Below, in pieces: positions 26,201 to 35,200 of a stretch of 38,094 bases of DNA. The DNA comes from Phoronis australis (Eukaryota > Animalia > Phoronida). A program made the translations under genes and the position numbers. How positions within the stretch are numbered: the stretch's first letter is position 1; each line of letters begins with the position of its first letter. Location of the stretch: assembly GCA_002633005.1 (NCBI GenBank), contig NMRA01000240.1, positions 573,630 to 611,723 of the forward strand, read 5' to 3'. Below the pieces are notes generated by a model. The model had not been told where the DNA came from, did no database searches, and saw nothing but the letters and a program-made list of their open reading frames with translations.

Positions 26201-29200
26201 TAGTGCATGATTACATTACTGAAGAAATAAAAAAATAGTGCAGCTGGTCTGATACGCGTCACGTTAGATGTGCAGACCGCTTAGCCAGACCCATTGCACG
26301 TTGCACCTGGCACCATGTGAATAAACAGTAATGGAGATCTCTATGCTTAGCATAACATCTATTTCTTAAATATGACCTGACAAACTTCTCAGTTCGGAAA
26401 CATGCTCGGCCATAGCAGGAAATCCAGGCCATGTTCGGCCATAGCAGGAAATCCAGGCCATGTTCGGCCATAGCAGGAAATCCAGGCCATGTGCAGTGGT
26501 GTGAAAGTCCTGGCCTAAGGAAATTTCGAATAAGTGACAACTGTCAAAAATGAAAAAAAAAAATAGTAAGTGAATTCAGAAACTGATAAACTGAGCAAAT
26601 GCCAGTGGAACACCTGGCATTGCCCAATCAATTTGTTTTTATTATTCTTTACTGAATGGAAAATTAGGAGTGTATCGTGTGCTCAATTTTCTCCTCTCGG
26701 ACCTGTTGTCCTGGTCTGACTTACCTCCTACCAAAGGATAGAAAAGTTGACATGTGGCCATTTTGTTTGTCCAGGATTCACATACAGGCTGTTTTGTTTC
26801 TTGTTGAACTCTCGTCAGTTTACTTCCCATTGTATTTTGAGCACATGCCGTGCATGTGTGCATGGCGACTTCAGATTTTTACCAGGTTGCCAAACAAAAT
26901 CTGTTGTTTCATTAGCAACCTGCAGGTTGACAAGTCAAGCTCTGAAAATGTATTGGAAAAAACACTTTGTTACTGAACTTTCAAAAGTTAGAGAAGTGGA
27001 CAGTTAGACCGGCACATTGTCACAGTGATGACATCTAAAACTGATATAGTCATCATGCACATCCTTAGATCAGTCTGTCATTGACTTGGCGCTTTATGTA
27101 CCTAGTTGTGGGAAGTGATATTAATACTTTTTATGCATGCGTTTGTCCGTGTTATGAGTAAGACAATACAGTGTTGCCTTACATAGTCACTACTGAAACA
27201 AAATATTTTCCTTGATGGGTTTGAACTGAGGAGTCACTGCAGCTGTAAGTTTCACATTATTCATCTACGTTACAGCCTCATTAGACTGTGGAATGCCATC
27301 ACCATCAGATTACAGTGGATGTGTCATCAATTCAAGTTTGTCCAGCACAACCTACTTGTCTACATTTTCACTGGCACCAGAACAAAGATATAGGGTGGTT
27401 GGGCAATCTAAGTTGTTGAAAAACACCACAGTCACATGCATGGCTGATGGATTCTGGGATTATGGTGACCTCCAGTGTATTGGTAAGAAAACATTAACAA
27501 AAGGCAGTTTTTAATCAGTTCACATAATTGATTCCATAAAATAATATCTGTGCACTTTTAGTACTTACATATATATAATAATAGTAATTTAATTATCAAA
27601 GTACATTGTTTGTTAAATCAATATGACATAGGAGTACATTAAGTGAAGCTGTGATTTGCAGGTGAGGCATGCAAGGATCCTGGAACAAAGCCTGGCACTA
27701 AACAAGTGGCCACGTCTTACAAGCCCAATAACCCTGTTACATATAAGTGTGACCGACCTGGTTATGTACTGAGTGATTCAACACCCCTCTCATGTTATCC
27801 GTCCAATGCCACATGGAATGTTGATCCACCCACATGTTATGGTATGTACTTTTTAAAATACTTTAATCAGGACGCAAAGAATGCCAAGTAATCTTTTATA
27901 ACATCAAATGATATATTCACCTCAAGGGCTGTCCACCATTCTAATTTTCTAGTGTGTTTTGTTTGCATATTTCTTATAATGTCATACACAGTAACAATTT
28001 TAATTATTACAGTGTTGTGCATTTTATATTTCAATTTTGGTAAGTGAGTTATTCTTTGTTGCTAAATACAGTGGATTACAGAAATTAATTACATTTTCTT
28101 CAACTTTCAGATGCAGAAAAGCCCGTCTGGCTTCATGACTACGAATGTGGAAAAGCATTCTATGTGACCAAATTTTCTACAATTGAGATGTCAAATTTCA
28201 AGCTTCCTCAGTCTTCTGATAATACAGCTGTGAAGGAGTTCAAGATGGAGCCCACCATCAGCATGGGAGAAGTGATCATCACAGATTTCAGTGTTCAATT
28301 TACTGCCATTGACTGGAACAACAACACGGCAATGTGTAATGTTACCTTTATGGTGAAAGGTATGAAGATTGTGACCTAACATGATAATCTTGCAGATTAC
28401 AAACTTGTGACTGGTATTTCTTGTTGTCTGCCATTGACTGGTCTGAGGTTTGTGATCTGTGTCGCCGTAAGGTGAAAGGTAGGAAGACTGTGTCCTAATA
28501 TGATAATCTTTCATACAAACTTGTGACTGGTATTTCTTGTTGTCTGCAACTGAGTTGTTTCAATTCACTTCTTTCAATGAGCTTACTGTGTTTAATTCAG
28601 GCTTTAGTATATTTGCATGTGTTGGTCACGTAGGTGAAAATAAAACATTGAATGACACAAAATGGGATGGGTTTTTACCCCAAGTAGCCTTAAAACATTT
28701 GTGCCTAACCCCGTGGTGGGCATACATCGGGACAGACAGTCATCATTCTAAACAAAAACATGAATAAAATCCCTGATGGCGACTACAGAAAAACTGTGGG
28801 AAGTGAAGTTAGGATCATAGGCCTACAATATCTTGTACCAGTTTATGACTCAAATTTTTGCACAATACGTTTAAAAAGTCCAGAAATAATGAATTTGTTG
28901 CCAGGTCAGTATGATTAAGGAGCCGGCTGGTGGCATCAACCTTTTGCCGTTTTTTCACACAATCCCTTGAATTCATCGCCCAATATTTAATAGTGAGTGA
29001 ACTGCTTACCTCAGTTAACTTGCTGCAATGCTTAGGGAACTATTTTTTCCAGTATTTCATTTGAACAATTTGGTTGCCATGTTGTTACTGTACATGGCCA
29101 CTGAGGGCGAACTCCAACCTATATTTGACATGATTGTGGTGCCCTCATGTGAGGGAAATCATCAAAGGTACCCCATTATAATTAAGTCTCAACATTTTGA

Positions 29201-32200
29201 CAACATACTGGCAATCTTGTCCACCTGATTAGGTTTGGTTAATTTTTTCTAGTTCTTAAAATTGTCAATTCTCATGACATCGGTGTGCTAGATGTTGGCT
29301 TTGCATAACTTCTAGTCATTTTTATTTGCTAGATGAAACTCCACCTTCCTTGAACTGCGGAAACCTTCTGATCATGGTTAATGGTAGTGAGACCAAGGTT
29401 GATAATGCATCCATCAAGGCAGTAGTTAATGCTACAGACAACACAACACCTGAGGACAAGATTGTCATCACTGTAGACCGTTCTGATGTGCCAGCTTCAG
29501 TCAACATATCAAATGCCAACATGATGTATTCAGCTGTAGTTACAGCTCGAGATGATAGTGGTAATGAGGCTCAGTGTAGACTCGATGTTCTAGTGAAACG
29601 TAAGTAGAATCCATTATTAAGTTTATTCTGACAACACAAGTTTCAGATTTGCGTTGTAGGTTGCGTATCTATAATTTGACAATTTAGGGTTTATATTCTG
29701 TATCATTTCTTATTATTTTTTTCAATTGTTGCTATTCAGCCTATATCTAGTGATTTTTCATTGTAGCGAAGGAGTGCACTCTTCCTTTCCTGCGCTCCCC
29801 AAGAAATGGTGGTAAGATTTGTCAAGAGACAGCTACTGGATACACATGTGAGATGTACTGCAATAAGGGATTTTATTTCCGTGACACGGCGACAGCAGCT
29901 CAAAACATCACATACACATGTAAACATGCGGGAAGTTGGCTTCCTGCTGCAGACGTTCCTTCATGTGTCCGTAAGTTTGCTTTCAAGCAGTTGTTCACCA
30001 GGTGATTTCCGTGAATAAAGGTGGTTTACTACAAGTATTAACTTGTGCTCTTTGTCAGACCGTATCATGTGTAATGAGGTTGGTTTCCAAATTATGCTCC
30101 TTTATAAATTGGGGTAACCAAAAATTTTGAGCCTGGCTTGCGTGCATTAGCAGGGTTAGATGTAAGTGAGAAAACACGGTTGAAAATATGAGTGGAACGA
30201 GTATACGAGTGGAAAATTGGCCTCACTTCTATGGCGCCCAGCAGATGTGAAGCATTTTGTGTTTTCCCGAACAACCACATCTTGTACAAAAGTATATGGG
30301 ATGTAGACCTGGTAATCATGAGAGACAGAGAGAGAGAGAGAGAGAGTCATGTTTTGTCAATAATCTGTTGTAATGTGTCACTACAACCTGTTAGGCAGCA
30401 CTTGTGTCATGAATTGGCAATGACAAGTGACCTGTTTAGAAAACAAGTGACCTGTTTGGAAAAAGGCAATATGTTCTCTACAGACTGTTTTGAAAAATCA
30501 CTTGTTGTCTTCAATAATTGCCAAGAAGCCCTCTTTTACTCGTTTGAGATACGTTAGACATTCAAATTAACAAAAATAAAGGCCTGAGTGCCAAAATTGG
30601 AGAAGCCTGGAAATCGAGGTGTGGACACTTATTGATACATGGGTGTTAAACTGCTGAGACCGAAAAGAGTCTTTCTGGCCAGCCATAAATTTTGAAATTG
30701 AAGTACACAGACTAAGTTCTAAGGATTTACTGTAACTGTAAGGCTAGTTGCTGACGTGAAAGTTAAATCGACACTCTCTAGCCAACGAGTGGGGTGAGCA
30801 TCTAAGCACTCAATTTGAAATGGGAGAAATTACATGTTTTAAAAAGATTGACTTGCCCTACAAATGTCATCAAAGTTGTTGAAGATGCTGCCCCTTCCAT
30901 TTTTTGTGCAGTTGAAAATTTGCAACTTGAATGATTGAAAAACTTTCTGTCATAAGCTTCCATGAGGCATTGGTTTTCCATGCCGAATTCACAAGAATGA
31001 TGCAATGCAAATTCCAGGATGACTCAAAATTCTGAATGAAACACTCAATATTTCAATAATGTGAGTGAAATAATGGGCAGTTGATAGAGATGAATGCAAA
31101 TTAAGCTGTAGAATAACAAACGTTTCTGCACCAGTAACCGGTTTGTTTATGCAAAGAAGAAAGAGTTGTTAATGACAGAGTATCATGTTTATTTGACTCA
31201 CTTTTTACACCGAGACATCCAAAGCTACATTACAATTCTGCAACGTGTATAATCGTAACATTGTGCTTTCATTCAAGTTCACTGATTACAAATTTGCTCT
31301 TCACTATTTTCCTTCTAGCCAAGTCCAACCCATTATTTAGAGAGGTCTACAAAATGCGCTACAACATGACAGGAAATTACAATTCATCCGTCTGTAACTG
31401 GACCTCCATCTTTACTAGTCTGGGAAACTCAGTAGTTAATGGGATTAATACCTTATGTAGACCAAAAGTGAATGGAGTTGTCCTGATATCTGCGGCTGTG
31501 AATACTAATGCTGGGGTAAGGTTTTTATTTATGCGCCACTTGTGAATTATCATCTTTGCTCTTTTGATGTATTGGAAGTTACTTTGGTGGATGTTTAGCC
31601 ATCTGATTTTCAGATTGATACACCTTCAATATCTTTTAAAATATGGTATTTTCCAAAGTTACCATGGTGATACCTTGTGGAGGCTCACAGAAAAGTATGT
31701 GTTGGAAAATTGTGTCACTGCACTTTTTTAGTCACATGACAGTTTTCTCTGAAACAAGTAGTAATTTTTAATGTAAGAGTTCTTTGATTTTGATATCTTT
31801 ATTAGATAGCAGTGTGTGTGTGCGTGCATACGTGTGTGTGAATTTAAATACATCCTTAGAAAAATAAATAAGAATTTAGATATATAAGTCATGCTCTTTT
31901 AATAAAGAGCGTACCGCTTGAAACATGGTTGAAACCCTTGTCTTCTTGTTGATATGATTACGATTACAACAAGTCGATACCATATTCATCTAGTTTTCCT
32001 ACAATGTTGTAATATATAGTAATGTTCCCCATAATGTCATATGGAAATAGACAAACATTGTATCTCACAAGCTTGAGTGTGAGTGGTCACTGTCATGTAG
32101 CTTTACAGTGCTGGTTGTTTTTTCTACCCTAGAAGGTGGAAGTCATTCTCACATATGAGATACAGGATGAGACACGCATGGATGATGAGTACCAGTATTG

Positions 32201-35200
32201 CTCCGCGATCATTAAGTCACAGTTCCAGCTAATTAGTAATGCAGTTTCTGCAACATATGCGCTACACGACCCTGTGACCCCAGACAACTGTCCTGGCCTA
32301 GTTCTACTGGGTCAGCAATTTCAAGAAGCAGACAACCTTATACCAGATCCATTGTCCAACCATTTTGTATGTCCTGATGATACTAAACTGAGGGTGGAGC
32401 AGGACACAAACCAGTGTCGTAAGTATCTAGTTATTAGATTGTTCTCACTGACAGTTGAATTGACTCCTGTTTTTCAAACTTTGAAAATTATAGGGAGATA
32501 AGTTAGCCCTGCACTTTTCAGATTCCAACCATATGTAGTTAGGAGAAATCAGTAGTATCAAAACTGTTTCAATTACTGTTCATTATTTTTGCCACAACAG
32601 CTCAATTTTGTTGTGACTTATTCAAAGTTCACAGTGCAGCTGTGTGGGACATGTAATCAGTAGAACAAATCATTTTTGCTTGACACATTTCCCCAGTGTA
32701 TGTGTGGGCACAGGTAGCCTTCAGCACACAAGTCCAGTGTATGGGTGGGCACAGGTAGCCTTCAGCACACAAAACCAGTGTATGGGTGGGTACAGGTAGC
32801 CTTCAGCAAACAAGCCCAGTGTATGGGTGGGCACAGGTAGTCTTCAGCACACAAGCCCAGTGTATGGGTGGGCACAGGTAGCCTTCAGCACACAAGCCCA
32901 GTGAAACAAACTTGCAACGTGTTGTCTATTCTAGTGTCTTTGCTATTGCTGGTAAGCCACTATGTGTGATGAACTCTTGAGTCACTTTCAGTATCAGTCG
33001 CTTGTTGACTGACTGACTGTGTTCTGCCCTCTATAGGTCAGATGTCAATCAGAAAACACAATGTACAACACAATGTACAACACAATGTACAACACAATGT
33101 ACAACACAATGTACAACACAATGTACAACACAATGAACAACACAATGTACAACACAATGTACAACACAATGTACAACACAATGTACAACACAATGTACAA
33201 CACAATGTACAACACCAAATGTGACTACTAATTTAGTGTATTTGGCATGGTAACTACTACAAAAGAGAAGAAACATTAATGAGCCACAAATTCCATAAAA
33301 TCCATATATCGCAAAAATAATGAGTGGACAAGATCCAAACATTTATGTTGTGGTGCTATGCAACGACACCTCTAGGCAACATGAGTGTAACATAGCAGAT
33401 GATGACCTACGAGGATGGTCTCAAAACCGTAGGGAATTAGCAAACTTGTATAAAGAAAGAAAATAACTTAGACACAAACTAATGAGATGCTAGAGAAATA
33501 GTACCACGTAGTCTTATACGGCTTAATTTGCCAAAAACTGTATTGATGGTCTGTTGCAGCACAAACAGACTCCCTGCAATGTTTTGAAGTTTTTCACCAA
33601 TTCAGGCACATTATAAAACTTTATGAATTGTACCCAATCATTCTATAAATATATGCACTAGGCTTCTAGAATGTTCCACACTATGGATCTGTATCATTCA
33701 CTAAATATGATAGAACATTCTGGAGTCTTCCCAAATATTTTGTTGTGATCAATTACATAACCATTGGCCGGGCTTAGATCGAGTCAGTCAAGTGCTATCT
33801 TTTGGTTTTAACTAGAGCATACAAAGAAAACTTCCAACTAAAACCAGTGTCAACCTACCTCTGTCACTGGTGATGGTTCCCTCATATTTCTTGTTGAGGT
33901 CTTAAGTGAATATTTTGACCAAATTTGATTTGTTCATTTTTAAAAGTTGCAGAAATAACCAGTCATCCATACTAGTGCAAACATAAACAGTGACAGCCAC
34001 AGGCTAGACATGCCACTTTTTGCTTTCACAGACTTGTTTTGGAACATTGTTCTCATTCCTTTCTTTTCAGTGGGCTGTCCTCCTGGAACTTTCTTGAACG
34101 GTACTGGAAGTTGTGAAAAGTGTGCCAAAGGTTATTACCAGACTGAGGGTGGACAGTCTTCATGTTTGAAGTGTCCTAATGGAACACATACTTATGATGA
34201 GGGAGCTACTGACGAGACAGAGTGTAAGGGTAAGTAAAGATAATGCTGGAAGTTTAAGAGTGTGCCAAAGGTTATTACCTTACTGAGTGTTCAGTCGTTG
34301 TGTGTGGTGTGTTTTAAAGGGGACACATTTTATTCTAGAGCCAAAAAACATTTTTGGGATTCTTGTAGAATGGGATGGACTTCTTGACAAGAACTAAATA
34401 CAACAAAATCCATAAGATGTTAGTGATTTTATTACAAATTGCAAATTATAACCATTGGCTGCCAGACATTTCCTGAAATCAAGGTCAAGGTGTTTATCAA
34501 TTGGCTATGGATAAAAGTTTGCTTACTAGCAAATTTAGCAAAAAATGGTGCTGTAACCGCTGTGGCCGCGAGTTCAAATCCATTTTAGGACTGATCTAAA
34601 ACTTTTTTGTCAATTGTGCCGCTTTAACTAGTCGTTGTTGGCTAAGTGTCATATGACGTCAACCCCTATGCAATGAATGAACTGTCACTTAAACTTGCTT
34701 ATGAAAACATCTGTACTCTCCTTTACTCTCTTGCCGCCATGGAGTAGGTTACCATGGGTTCATGGTGAGTGACTGATTGCAACTTTGTTTGATTTCCATT
34801 GAAGCTACGTGTGCACCTGGTACTATTTCGTCCAACCGTCTACCACCGTGCAGCGAATGCCCCGTTGGAGAGTACTGGATGAATGATCAACAGTGTACAA
34901 AATGTCCATCAAGTCCTCCATCAACTACCAGACAGCGCGGTGCCTCAAATGTGTCACTGTGCCTTGGTAAGTTGTCTGGTATAGTGTACCTAGTAGTTTC
35001 CTATATGCTTTCATACTGAACAGTGTCACTCTTTGAAGTGTTGACCATGCATGAAGTTGGAGTTAGGAGGTTATGTAGAGACTATGAATATACAAAGCAG
35101 TCTGTTAATACCTGATATATAGTCTCTTGCTGTCTGTCAATCAAAAGAGCTTCTCTGTATTGACCTTGCAAAAGACATTAAAGCCCTGTGCTTTGTTGCA

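Noticed and set aside
33042-33342. (HNVQ)n and (VVHC)n ORFs, and similar YYSNVV, VC and [11 protein letters not shown] ORFs elsewhere
   Set aside because: Translations of intronic minisatellites and microsatellites
33396-33428. CAGATGATGACC...GGTCTCAAAAC resembling a Penelope-type hammerhead core
   Set aside because: Both core boxes are mismatched and stems I and III were not found
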